Shown: piece by piece, positions 17,360 to 26,859 of the stretch
Layout of the letters: each line of letters starts with the position of its first letter
How positions within the stretch are numbered: the first letter of the stretch is position 1
Origin: a bacterium
GTDB lineage: Bacteria > Electryoneota > B3-LCP
NCBI GenBank assembly: GCA_026394195.1
Contig: JAPKYS010000023.1
Coordinates: forward strand, 468,621-532,620
DNA length: 64,000 bases
Direction of reading: 5' to 3'
Translations under genes and position numbers: made by a program
The notes under the pieces: model-generated
Told to the model about the DNA's origin: nothing
Seen by the model: only the letters and a program-made list of their open reading frames with translations
The model's database searches: none

Positions 17360-17788
17360 TTACAGCGGAAGTGGAGCAGGGCATTGAGCCTGATGAGGGT
17401 GTTCGGTGCCTGCGTAGACCTTGAGCTTGCGTAATTGCTGCCGACCCAATGGTCCGCGCGGCAGCATGCCTTTCACGGCATGTTCAATGATCCGCTCAGG
17501 ATGCTTGGTTCGCATTTCCGCAACCGAGGTGAATTTTCCTCCACCCGGATAGCCGGTATGGCGGAAATACATCTTGTTGCTCTCTTTTTTCCCGGTCAGC
17601 TTGACTTTCTCGGCATTGATGACGATGATGAAGTCGCCGGTGTCAAAGTGCGGTGAAAAGATCGGTTTGTGTTTTCCTCGCAGAACGGTTGCGATTCTGG
17701 TGGCTAACCGCCCGAGGATCAGATCGTTAGCGTCAACGATGTACCATTTCCGCTGTACGACGTCAGGTTTGCTGTGGTATGTTGTCAC
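17360..17788 (-). CDS. rplM: 50S ribosomal protein L13
   Basis: KWYIVDA...LGRLA L13 N-terminal signature. Confidence 0.95.
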   Translation of the reverse strand: MTTYHSKPDVVQRKWYIVDANDLILGRLATRIATVLRGKHKPIFSPHFDTGDFIIVINAEKVKLTGKKESNKMYFRHTGYPGGGKFTSVAEMRTKHPERIIEHAVKGMLPRGPLGRQQLRKLKVYAGTEHPHQAQCPAPLPL

Positions 17789-17815
17789 TTCTTCCCCAAA
17801 AATTTGCGAAACTGT

Positions 17816-17844
17816 AATTTATGAAATTGTATAGTCGATGTCAA
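17816..17844 (-). promoter_or_regulatory. Sigma-70-like promoter for rplM-rpsI
   Basis: Minus strand TTGACA-17 nt-TAAATT, about 25 nt upstream of the rplM start. Confidence 0.35.
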
Positions 17845-17896
17845 GTAAATTGTTCAATTTTAATCTAACCCCCAAATACAGACTACTCACACTTAT

Positions 17897-19051
17897 TTAT
17901 TTTTTCTGCTCAAAATCCAAATTTTCGAGAACCTTCATGAATTCATCCCAAGAGTATTGGTCCTTGCCGGAGACGATATTAGACCTGATTTTCTCTTCCA
18001 CCTCCTCTCGAAAGTATTGCACGATAGTCTTTGCCAGATATTCCGGAGATTCAGGATCCACTAAAAAACCAGTTACACCGTCTTTGATAACTTCTGGGAT
18101 GCCTCCCACCCTGGTGGAAATCACCGGCAGACCGAAGTTGAATGCCACTTGGATAACGCCCGATTGAGTGGCGGATCTGTAAGGCAGCACCAATACGTCT
18201 GCCGCGCGAAAATAGAGACCAACGTCTTCATTCGAGATATATTTATTAATGATAGTAACCGTATCGGATAATTCTAATTCTCGAATTATTTTGGTGTAGT
18301 CTTCTTCAGGTTCGTAAAATTCCCCCGCTACCAGCAGGTGAATTTGCGAACCCAGTGAGCTTTGCACTGCTGGCAGCGACCGTAGCAGTATATCCAATCC
18401 CTTATACCGCCGCACCAGGCCGAAAAAGAGTAGTAATTTACCCTTGGGATCCAGATTTAATCTGCCGCGTGCTTCTGCTTTGCTGCCTGCAGTGTCTGAA
18501 TAGCAATCATAGATCGGGTGAGCTACCAGATTAACACGGCGCTTTTTCGCTTCGGGAAACCAGCGGTACAGATCTGTTAGAACCACTTCGGATTGCGCGA
18601 TAAAACCATCCACCCACCGAAATGCCAATCGGGTGAAGAACCGGTCTCCCAAGCGCTGCTCATGAGGGATGACGTTATCCAGAACAAATATGGTTTTGAT
18701 CGGAGTGAACCATTTACATAAGGCACAAACCGCCGCATATCCCGGAGCGAAGAAGGGCATCCAATATTTGAAAATCAATGCATCCGGTTTACCCTGGCGA
18801 GCGTGTAAAAATGTCCTGAACCAACTGAGCGGATTCCAGGGAACAAAAACGTGATCAGATTCAAGGGGAATGTGTTCACGACTGGATTCTAACTGCGTTT
18901 GCCCCGGGAATAAGAATTTGGGGAATTGTTTTCGGAATGCCAGCACCTTCACCCGGTGTCCGCGCTGTTCCAACTTTTGTCCCAGTACCCCGATGTATTG
19001 AGCAATACCTCCGCGCAGTGGATAGAACGGACCGACCAGAAAAAAGGTCAC
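17897..19051 (-). CDS. Glycosyltransferase family 4 (GT-B, group 1)
   Basis: GT4 architecture with C-terminal EX7E-like region (VLVLPYRSATQSGV, GLPVISTRVGGIPE). Confidence 0.85.
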   Translation of the reverse strand: MTFFLVGPFYPLRGGIAQYIGVLGQKLEQRGHRVKVLAFRKQFPKFLFPGQTQLESSREHIPLESDHVFVPWNPLSWFRTFLHARQGKPDALIFKYWMPFFAPGYAAVCALCKWFTPIKTIFVLDNVIPHEQRLGDRFFTRLAFRWVDGFIAQSEVVLTDLYRWFPEAKKRRVNLVAHPIYDCYSDTAGSKAEARGRLNLDPKGKLLLFFGLVRRYKGLDILLRSLPAVQSSLGSQIHLLVAGEFYEPEEDYTKIIRELELSDTVTIINKYISNEDVGLYFRAADVLVLPYRSATQSGVIQVAFNFGLPVISTRVGGIPEVIKDGVTGFLVDPESPEYLAKTIVQYFREEVEEKIRSNIVSGKDQYSWDEFMKVLENLDFEQKK

Positions 19052-19998
19052 AACTGCTCCTGATCAATCCCTAACAGCGCTTTGAAGGAGTATTCTCTGC
19101 GATCGGAGTGCAAACGGGTCAGCAATTCACCGATAAGTCCTACGGAAAAGGATTGCGCCCCGAAGACCACCAACAGAATGCCCAGGAAGAAGATGGGACG
19201 ATTGCCGATCCAGACACCGTGCAGCCATCCCCAGGTGAGGTAACCTAAAATGATGATTCCCAGCGTAGTGAACAATGCGCCGGCCAATCCGAACAGATGC
19301 ATCGGTTTCTTGGTATAGCGCACCAGGAAAAGCACGGTCAACAAATCCAGAAATCCATTAAGAAACCTGGTTGCTCCGAATTTACTGTACCCGAATTTTC
19401 GTGGATGATGTTTTACCGGAATTTCGGTAACCTTAAAACCGTCCCAATGAGCCAGCGCCGGTAAAAATCGGTGCATTTCACCATAGACCGGCAATCTCGA
19501 CACTACTTCGGACCGGTATGCCTTTAAGCCGCAGTTAAAGTCGTGCAGGCGCAATCCAGTCAATAAACTGGTGGTCAAATTAAAAATCTTTGATGGGAAA
19601 GTCTTGCTGATGGGATCGTGACGTTTTTTCTTCCATCCTGATACCAGATCGTACCCTTCTTCCAGCTTTTTGATCAGATGGGGAATTTCATCGGGATCAT
19701 CCTGCAAGTCTGCGTCCAAAGTGACGATAAAACGTCCCTTGACAATGTGAAATCCGGCGTTTAGCGCCGCGGATTTTCCATAGTTTTTTCGAAAGGAGAG
19801 CACTCGAACCCGGGGGTCGCGTTGATGCAGAACCGTAAGGATTTTCAGTGAGTCATCCCTGCTGCCGTCATCAATGAAAATAATTTCCCACTCACCCAGC
19901 TTGTTCAGATTTTGAGATAACCGCTCATAAAGTTCCTGCAGAGATTCCGCCTCGTTTAACAGCGGAACCACGACTGAGATGAAAACCTCACTGTTCAT
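19048..19998 (-). CDS. Glycosyltransferase family 2 (polyprenyl-phosphate sugar synthase-like) with C-terminal TM helices
   Basis: VVVPLLNE...IFIDDGSRD...LDADLQDDP GT2 DXD motifs. Two C-terminal transmembrane segments. Confidence 0.85.
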   Translation of the reverse strand: MNSEVFISVVVPLLNEAESLQELYERLSQNLNKLGEWEIIFIDDGSRDDSLKILTVLHQRDPRVRVLSFRKNYGKSAALNAGFHIVKGRFIVTLDADLQDDPDEIPHLIKKLEEGYDLVSGWKKKRHDPISKTFPSKIFNLTTSLLTGLRLHDFNCGLKAYRSEVVSRLPVYGEMHRFLPALAHWDGFKVTEIPVKHHPRKFGYSKFGATRFLNGFLDLLTVLFLVRYTKKPMHLFGLAGALFTTLGIIILGYLTWGWLHGVWIGNRPIFFLGILLVVFGAQSFSVGLIGELLTRLHSDRREYSFKALLGIDQEQL

Positions 19999-20797
19999 GT
20001 TTCGCCCCTGGTGACGCGGGAGGGTTAATATCTTCTATCTCAAAAGCGCTGGGCGTCAACCCGGAATTAACCTTACAATGGGATAATTTTACCTGGGCAA
20101 TGTATGCTTCTTTACCATAACCGATTTGAGTCTTCCAACTGTAGGGAAGATAGATGCCCGAAATTGAGTCTACATTGGTCGCTTCTTTATAAATAACTGT
20201 GTCGGTTCCAGTGGAGGAAATCAATTCTCGTAAAACTACCGGTTCGAATGGATCGAACCAGGCCTGATGGTTTAAGCTGCTGTCTGCCCATGACACCAAA
20301 TAGGTTTGACTCTGATGATCAATCGTCATCTTCGGTGATTCTTCATGTTCAAATGGCGGTCCAATCGGCAGCAGAAGGCTCAACAAAATTGCAGGTTCGA
20401 AGCTGATGCCGAAACCGAACGGTAGATTGAGGCTCTGTAGATCTCCCTGAGCATCTTCATCTCCAAGCGGTGAGGTGATCTTATAGATCCCTCGAGCCAT
20501 CAAAAGTTCACCTAATGGGATACCGAACGCTCCCTTGAATTGCAGTTTGTAAAGGTCAGGCTGCAGATAAGAAAGATTGACTCCAATTGCGGAAGCGCCA
20601 TCGGGTGTCCGCAAAACAATCGTCAGCGCACCTTGTAAATCCTGGAGTTTTGTTCGGTTGGCGTTCACCGCGGAGATTAGGCTTTGAGGTTCCGGCGTGG
20701 GTAAATCTTCCAGGCGCATGCCTCGCTTGGCGCATTGCGCCAGGAAAAGCAGTGAACTCCCCAGAATGAAATAAGTGATTTGTCTACGGAACTTCAC
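19988..20797 (-). CDS. Hypothetical lipoprotein (LolA-like / DUF4292-like)
   Basis: Signal peptide with lipobox-like LAQC, 269 aa. Commonly found next to TPR/GT genes in FCB-group genomes. Confidence 0.45.
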   Translation of the reverse strand: MKFRRQITYFILGSSLLFLAQCAKRGMRLEDLPTPEPQSLISAVNANRTKLQDLQGALTIVLRTPDGASAIGVNLSYLQPDLYKLQFKGAFGIPLGELLMARGIYKITSPLGDEDAQGDLQSLNLPFGFGISFEPAILLSLLLPIGPPFEHEESPKMTIDHQSQTYLVSWADSSLNHQAWFDPFEPVVLRELISSTGTDTVIYKEATNVDSISGIYLPYSWKTQIGYGKEAYIAQVKLSHCKVNSGLTPSAFEIEDINPPASPGAKHEQ

Positions 20798-22176
20798 CGT
20801 GCCAACTTTTCGCGAATTTTAATGTTCTTTTCGTCAAATTCCAGGGCTTTTAACCAGGCGCTGCGTGCTTGACCTTTGTCGCCCTGTGCCAGATAGACGT
20901 CTCCCAAATGATCCCACACTGCCGCGTTCTTATTATCCAATGCCAACGCTTGGGCGATGAACTTATTCGCCAGTTCGTACCTGCCCATCATGTAGTAGAT
21001 CCAACCGATGGTATCCAGGTAAGACGCGTTGTCCGGGGACTTCTGCAAAGCCTTCTCGACCATCCCCAGGGCTTCGTTCAACCGAACTCCCTTTTGCGCT
21101 AGCAGGTAGGCATAATTATTAAGCACCAGCGGCTCTTCCGGTGCGATAGTCAAAGCCTGGTCATATACTTCGATGGCGCGGTCGGTGTCACCCCTGTTGT
21201 CGTAGATATACCCAATAGTGATATACGGTCCGACCTGGCTGGCATCCAACTCCAAAGCAGTATCACATGCCTTCAATGCCAGCGAGTCTTGTTTGGATTG
21301 CTGGTAGGCTGAACCTAACAAAGCCCACATGTCCGCAGCAGTAGGATGATGCGCAGTGCCTTTTTTCAAAATCTCTACGGCTTTTGAATAATTGGATTGG
21401 CTGAGATGCAGATAAGCCCAATTGGTATAGTAGCGTGGATCATCAGGATTAATTTTGGCTGCTCGAGCAAAAAAGCTATCTGCCTCGGTGGTTTTCTTCA
21501 TCTGTGCGAACAAAGATGCCACCGTAAAGCAGATCCGATCATCATTGGGATTGAAATCGTTGAGTTGCAGGGTAACTTCAAGGGCGCGGTCGTAATTCTT
21601 CTGAGCTATATAAAGGGTGCTAAGTTGTCCAAGCGTCTCCCAATTTTCTGGGTGCTCCAGACGGATCTGTTCCAGTTGCGCAATCGCCTCAGTGAGTCGG
21701 TTTTGCCTGATATACAGATTGGCAAGATTCTGACGGTAACGAATATCGTTCGGATTGTCGTTCACCAGGCGCTCGAGGTAGAATGCTGCTGAATCCATCT
21801 GATCCATCTGCACCATCAAATCGCTGATGAATTCCAACACGCGCGAATCCAGCGAATCAATCCTCAAAGCCGAGCGGAGCTGCGACAAGGCGTCATCGGG
21901 GAGCTGTAACGCCAGGTAATCTTCAGCCAGCGAGAGATAAATCGCAGTCGCGGTGGAATCAAACCGGAGGGCATTACGGTATTCCGAAATCGCCCGGGTA
22001 GGTTCCCCCTGTTGATCGTAGATCACCCCTTTGATGAAATGATCCAAAGCCGCGCGTGGAGGTTCCTTCACCGGCGCCGGTTCAGCGATGATTTCAACTT
22101 TCGTCTGCGGAGCGCACCCGAAGCCGACGATTGCAAGCAGGATAATGACAGGAATAATTTTAGCAGCTTTGGTCAT
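20794..22176 (-). CDS. TPR repeat protein
   Basis: Multiple 34-aa TPR units (W-LG-Y...A...F...A...P). Signal peptide. Confidence 0.8.
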   Translation of the reverse strand: MTKAAKIIPVIILLAIVGFGCAPQTKVEIIAEPAPVKEPPRAALDHFIKGVIYDQQGEPTRAISEYRNALRFDSTATAIYLSLAEDYLALQLPDDALSQLRSALRIDSLDSRVLEFISDLMVQMDQMDSAAFYLERLVNDNPNDIRYRQNLANLYIRQNRLTEAIAQLEQIRLEHPENWETLGQLSTLYIAQKNYDRALEVTLQLNDFNPNDDRICFTVASLFAQMKKTTEADSFFARAAKINPDDPRYYTNWAYLHLSQSNYSKAVEILKKGTAHHPTAADMWALLGSAYQQSKQDSLALKACDTALELDASQVGPYITIGYIYDNRGDTDRAIEVYDQALTIAPEEPLVLNNYAYLLAQKGVRLNEALGMVEKALQKSPDNASYLDTIGWIYYMMGRYELANKFIAQALALDNKNAAVWDHLGDVYLAQGDKGQARSAWLKALEFDEKNIKIREKLAR

Positions 22177-23243
22177 GGTCCTAAGATGATCCTCATGATG
22201 TCGTGGTAGCTGACCACCAGAAAAAAAGTCAATATCAATGCAAGCCCGACCTTTTGGATGTTGAGTTTCACCTTTGTCGAGATTTGCCGTCCGATCACCG
22301 CCTCAATACTGATGAAGACGAGGTGTCCACCATCCAGGACTGGAAAGGGGAATATATTGAGCAACCCGATACTGACTGAAATCTGAGCGATCAGAGACAG
22401 GAAATCAGTGAATCCGGATCGGATGGTCTGTCCTGAGAGTTGAGCGATACCGATCGGTCCTGCCAGTTCACCCATTCCCGCCTTACCGAAGATGAGCATT
22501 TTAACCACGCCGAGACTCTGAGTGATAATGTACCAGGTAAGGTTTACACCGTTGGCAAGTGATTTAAATACGCCGACTTTCTTGAAGATCGGCTGCGGAT
22601 TGATGCCGATCCTTCCGAAGGAGATGGTGTCTCCAGCCTGCATATATTGCGAACCTACCGGCACAATCGCCGCGGTAGACACCTCTCCCCCACGCTGCCA
22701 GGCGATGGTAAGAGTATCTCCAGTATGAGGATGGATATAATCGGTCAGTTGCTGCCAGGTGGAGATGCTGTCTCCATTGATGGCGACGATTCGGTCGCCG
22801 ATCTGCATACCGGCAGCAGCAGCCGGCATTTTTTCGACCACATAACCGACCACCGGTTCTTTCACTTCAGCGATGCCGATCCGCCAGGTGAGCAGGAAGT
22901 ACACAAAAATCCCCAGGAGGATATTCATGATAACGCCGGCGCTGATGACAAAAATCTTCTGCCAGTATTTTTTAGACATGAATTCCCATGGGGCGCCGGT
23001 GAGGGGCTTGTCGTCCATACTCTCATCAATCATCCCGGCCATTTTCACATACCCACCCAAGGGAATCCAGGCGATAACGTACTCTGTGTCTCCCACTTGC
23101 TTCGAAATCATCTTGGGGGGGAAGCCCAGCGAAAACGTTTCTACCCTGATACCCACGAGTTTTGCTGCCAGAAAGTGTCCCAACTCGTGGACAAAAATGA
23201 TGACTCCAAGAACGATGATAAAAGCCAGGATGGTCAGTACCAT
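22173..23243 (-). CDS. rseP: RIP metalloprotease RseP (site-2 protease)
   Basis: HELGHFLAAK zinc motif, PDZ domain, LDGG motif in the C-terminal TM region. Confidence 0.9.
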   Translation of the reverse strand: MVLTILAFIIVLGVIIFVHELGHFLAAKLVGIRVETFSLGFPPKMISKQVGDTEYVIAWIPLGGYVKMAGMIDESMDDKPLTGAPWEFMSKKYWQKIFVISAGVIMNILLGIFVYFLLTWRIGIAEVKEPVVGYVVEKMPAAAAGMQIGDRIVAINGDSISTWQQLTDYIHPHTGDTLTIAWQRGGEVSTAAIVPVGSQYMQAGDTISFGRIGINPQPIFKKVGVFKSLANGVNLTWYIITQSLGVVKMLIFGKAGMGELAGPIGIAQLSGQTIRSGFTDFLSLIAQISVSIGLLNIFPFPVLDGGHLVFISIEAVIGRQISTKVKLNIQKVGLALILTFFLVVSYHDIMRIILGP

Positions 23244-23249
23244 AAGTAC

Positions 23250-24416
23250 CTATTGGATTCTCTGTGTTTGATTCAGTTTATCTCGGCACCAGGTTCGAGT
23301 CCAACGATCCACATTCAGAATACCGGCCAGATCGAGTGTGGCTGGCGGCGCAATCTCGTTTAAGGCTTCCTGGATAAAACCGGAAATTTGTATAAAAGCC
23401 AATTGATTTGCGAGGAAAGCAGTAACAGCCATTTCGTTCGCAGCATTAAGCACGGTAGGGTAACCATTCCCTGACTTCAACGCTTGGAATGCCAGATTCA
23501 GACAGGGGAAGCGCTGATAATCAGGTTCCTCGAAATGAAGAGTGGCGATCTTTGTTAGATCTGTCGCAACGAAACTTGCCGGCAGACGTTCAGGATAAGT
23601 CAATGCGTACTGAATGGGAATCCGCATGTCCGGCAGAGATAATTGAGCTTTGATCGATCCGTCCACAAATTCCACCAGCGAATGTACAACGGATTCAGGA
23701 TGCACTAAAATTTTAATCTGCTCCGGAGGTAAGTCAAACAGGTAGTGCGCCTCAATGACTTCCAATCCCTTATTCATCAGAGTGGCGCTGTCCACGGTGA
23801 TTTTAGGTCCCATCTGCCAATTAGGATGCTGCAACGCCTCTTCCGTCGTTATGGCTGCAAAGCTTGATTCAGGGCGGCGCAGGAAGGGTCCGCCAGAAGC
23901 CGTTAATATCAACGTCTTTATCTCATCAGGAATTTCGCCGCGCAGACATTGCAGGATGGCTGAATGTTCTGAATCGATAGGGATCAGGAGGCCGTCGCTG
24001 TTGGCGACAGCCTCCATGACCAGATGCCCTGCCATGACAATGCTCTCTTTATTCGCCAGAGCCACAATTTTACCTGCGGATAACGCTTTCAGAGTCGCCC
24101 GCAATCCTATGGCTCCAACCAGAGCATTCACCACGATGTCAGCTTCGGGATCACTGGCTAAAGATACCAGAGCCTCCTCATCGGTCAGTACTTCTACGGA
24201 AGGATCCCGCAGCCGTTGACTTACGGCTTTCCGATCGTGAGAATTTAATATTGCCACCTTACGCGGTTTGAAGCGCAGAGCCTGTTCGATAAGCAGATCC
24301 ACACTGGATTTTGCCGCCAGACTGTGAACCCGATACTCCGGTCCCAAGTGATCGATTACGTCTAAAGTATTTCGACCTATCGACCCTGTTGAACCCAGGA
24401 TGACAATATTTTTCAT
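23250..24416 (-). CDS. dxr: 1-deoxy-D-xylulose 5-phosphate reductoisomerase
   Basis: ILGSTGSIG NADPH motif and full-length Dxr similarity. Confidence 0.95.
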   Translation of the reverse strand: MKNIVILGSTGSIGRNTLDVIDHLGPEYRVHSLAAKSSVDLLIEQALRFKPRKVAILNSHDRKAVSQRLRDPSVEVLTDEEALVSLASDPEADIVVNALVGAIGLRATLKALSAGKIVALANKESIVMAGHLVMEAVANSDGLLIPIDSEHSAILQCLRGEIPDEIKTLILTASGGPFLRRPESSFAAITTEEALQHPNWQMGPKITVDSATLMNKGLEVIEAHYLFDLPPEQIKILVHPESVVHSLVEFVDGSIKAQLSLPDMRIPIQYALTYPERLPASFVATDLTKIATLHFEEPDYQRFPCLNLAFQALKSGNGYPTVLNAANEMAVTAFLANQLAFIQISGFIQEALNEIAPPATLDLAGILNVDRWTRTWCRDKLNQTQRIQ

Positions 24417-24437
24417 TGGAAAACTGACTCTCTGATC

Positions 24438-25235
24438 TTATCTGAAACTGACCGCCAGCCCTGCCGTCGCTGCCGGGAATTTGCCGAAGTTGTAATCGGC
24501 AAAGATCTTGATGAAGGGGACAGGCGACAGATTGAATCCCAAGGTGAATCGGGCTGTATTGGCTTTAAAGGTTTTATCGATTGGCACGGATATGGCTTGT
24601 CCTTGAATGCTATCCTCATAGGTATATGAGAATTTCATCGAGGTGTAATCAAAGCCGAAACCACCATAGGGCTCGATGATGAAGAATTTCTTCGAGACCA
24701 TGACGTCGAAGCTCAGCGTGCTTGCGGAAAGCACGTCTCCACCCTTGAACTTGTGGTATACGATCATCGCAGATACGTTGGGAAATGCTGGAATGGGGAT
24801 ATACGAACTGAAGTTTTTCTTCACCCCGATACCGAAAAGCGAGAGTGTTTGATCTTCTATTTTAATCGCAAAGCCGCGCCCCATAACATCCAGACCAATG
24901 ACCGGAACGCCGATAGAGGCTTGAATGACCGGCACTCCGATCAATTTCACATCGGCCGAGTCAAAGGTAGCGCTTTTCCCGGATGGAATCATAACCAGCA
25001 TTGCTCTGGCGCCCAAATCGAAACCAAGACCGCTATGCGTACCGGCAGTATGATACAACCCCCCGCCTACGCAAGTGCTAAAAGCCTCAACAACTGGTTT
25101 GGCGAGACTTTCCAATGTGGAATCAGCGTAGGACTGGAGCTCATCGTAAAAATTCGTTTGTGCTCTGCTCGTCATCGAGGTCATCATCAGAGCAACCAAT
25201 CCGACGAAAAGGAACCAGGTAAAGCGCTTCATCAT
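24438..25235 (-). CDS. Hypothetical outer-membrane beta-barrel protein
   Basis: Signal peptide (…SRAQT). Alternating hydrophobic beta-strand pattern, 265 aa. Confidence 0.45.
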   Translation of the reverse strand: MMKRFTWFLFVGLVALMMTSMTSRAQTNFYDELQSYADSTLESLAKPVVEAFSTCVGGGLYHTAGTHSGLGFDLGARAMLVMIPSGKSATFDSADVKLIGVPVIQASIGVPVIGLDVMGRGFAIKIEDQTLSLFGIGVKKNFSSYIPIPAFPNVSAMIVYHKFKGGDVLSASTLSFDVMVSKKFFIIEPYGGFGFDYTSMKFSYTYEDSIQGQAISVPIDKTFKANTARFTLGFNLSPVPFIKIFADYNFGKFPAATAGLAVSFR

Positions 25236-25244
25236 TCCTCCATC

Positions 25245-26039
25245 TTAAACGTTGATCGTGTCTATGCTGTTATGTTTTATTTGCGTACCCGAGATCGTCG
25301 ATTCAAAGTGCGGCGTATCAGCCTTGCCGTCTTCGAGAATCAGATTGATTTCCTTCTGATCGAATGGTTGTTCGCGCCAGAGGATCTCCCACTCACGGCA
25401 AAATGCCTCAGGTATCTCCCTCCGCAATCTGACCTCCAGATCAGGCAAAGCCGAAAGCGTATCCATGATATCAGCTGGGAACACCGGCTCATCATGGCGA
25501 TGGGCCATGCCGAATACAACTGCTGGATCAAGATTGTTTCTACCCAAAATAATGGATCCGTGCTGTAACATCACTCCGGGAAGATACCGCTGTGCCGATC
25601 CGATCCATTTACTACCAGCCAGCCTGACTTCCCAGCGAGAAACGCTGTCAAAGCATAGCGGACTGTTGCTGACCTTCCTGCGGCTGCTGAGGTTGTTAAA
25701 ACCTTCTCGCGCCAACTCAGCATGCACGCCTGCCTGCCTGGCGGCGGCGACAAACACGAAGCCTATTCTTTTTTGAACTTCGCTCCGGTCGAATTTTAAT
25801 AATGGATGTTCAGACGGTATAGTCAGACAATACGTTAATTCGTTATCATGAAGGACTGCCCTTCCTCCCGTGGGTCTACGCACCACGGATATGCCAAGCT
25901 GATCGCATAAGTTCAATTGATCGACTGAGATCTTCTGATGAAATCCCAATGACAAAGTAGGGTTGGTCCATCTGTAGAGTCTCAATACTGGGATAAACGT
26001 ATCTCGGGAAAATGCCGCGAGCAAGCTATCGGCTGCCAT
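25245..26039 (-). CDS. Lipoate-protein ligase / octanoyltransferase family protein (BPL_LplA_LipB domain)
   Basis: RRPTGGRAVLHD and conserved Lys region. The start was moved to ATG 26039 (MAADSLLAAF), which removes a 100-nt overlap with lpxA. Confidence 0.65.
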   Translation of the reverse strand: MAADSLLAAFSRDTFIPVLRLYRWTNPTLSLGFHQKISVDQLNLCDQLGISVVRRPTGGRAVLHDNELTYCLTIPSEHPLLKFDRSEVQKRIGFVFVAAARQAGVHAELAREGFNNLSSRRKVSNSPLCFDSVSRWEVRLAGSKWIGSAQRYLPGVMLQHGSIILGRNNLDPAVVFGMAHRHDEPVFPADIMDTLSALPDLEVRLRREIPEAFCREWEILWREQPFDQKEINLILEDGKADTPHFESTISGTQIKHNSIDTINV

Positions 26040-26091
26040 GTTGAATATGCCCGCTTGGCAGCCATCCTGAATTAGACGCCCCTCTATCAGT

Positions 26092-26859
26092 TCAGATGAT
26101 CCCACGCTCGCTGTGCTCGATAAAGTCGATGATATGTTCAATATCCGGGGTAATTTCCATCTCTTCCCGGATGCGCGCGATGCCCTGTGATACATTCAAA
26201 TCGCTCAAATAGATCAATCTATAGGCATGTTTGATCTGGCTAATCCTTTCGGCGGTAAATCCACGCCGCTTCAGTCCTACCGTATTCAATCCCTCAAATT
26301 TTAACGGTTCATTGCCCGACATGATGAAGGGTGGAATATCTTTGACCACACGGAATCCTCCACCGACGAAGGCGTGACAACCAATTCGCACGAACTGATG
26401 CACCGGAACCAACCCTCCGACGGTCACCCAATCTTCCAACTTGCAATGACCGGCAACGTTCGCAGAGTTCACTAAAATGACCTTGTTCCCAAAGATACAG
26501 TCGTGAGCAACATGGGTGTAAGCCATCAATAAACAGTCGGATCCGATGATGGTCTTACCTGTCGCATCGGACCCACGGTGGATCGTGGCAAATTCACGGA
26601 TGATGGTGTTATCTCCGATGATGGCGACTGTCGATCCACCCTTAAATTTCAGATCTTGTGGTTCTTCGCTGATCACGGCTCCCTTAAAAACCCGCACATT
26701 CTTCCCCAGGCGGGCGCCGGTAGCCAGCAAGACATGGGGACCAATTTCACAACCGGAATCGATGACAACGTCGGATTCGACGACTACGAAAGGCGCAATT
26801 TTTACGTCTTCTGCAATCTGAGCCCCGGGATCAACTACGGCAGTTGGATGAATATTCAC
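26092..26859 (-). CDS. lpxA: Acyl-ACP--UDP-N-acetylglucosamine O-acyltransferase
   Basis: Left-handed beta-helix hexapeptide repeats and the LpxA C-terminal helical domain. Confidence 0.95.
   Translation of the reverse strand: MNIHPTAVVDPGAQIAEDVKIAPFVVVESDVVIDSGCEIGPHVLLATGARLGKNVRVFKGAVISEEPQDLKFKGGSTVAIIGDNTIIREFATIHRGSDATGKTIIGSDCLLMAYTHVAHDCIFGNKVILVNSANVAGHCKLEDWVTVGGLVPVHQFVRIGCHAFVGGGFRVVKDIPPFIMSGNEPLKFEGLNTVGLKRRGFTAERISQIKHAYRLIYLSDLNVSQGIARIREEMEITPDIEHIIDFIEHSERGII

Noticed and set aside
22647-23363. 238-aa plus-strand ORF
   Set aside because: It is antisense to rseP and is a shadow ORF.
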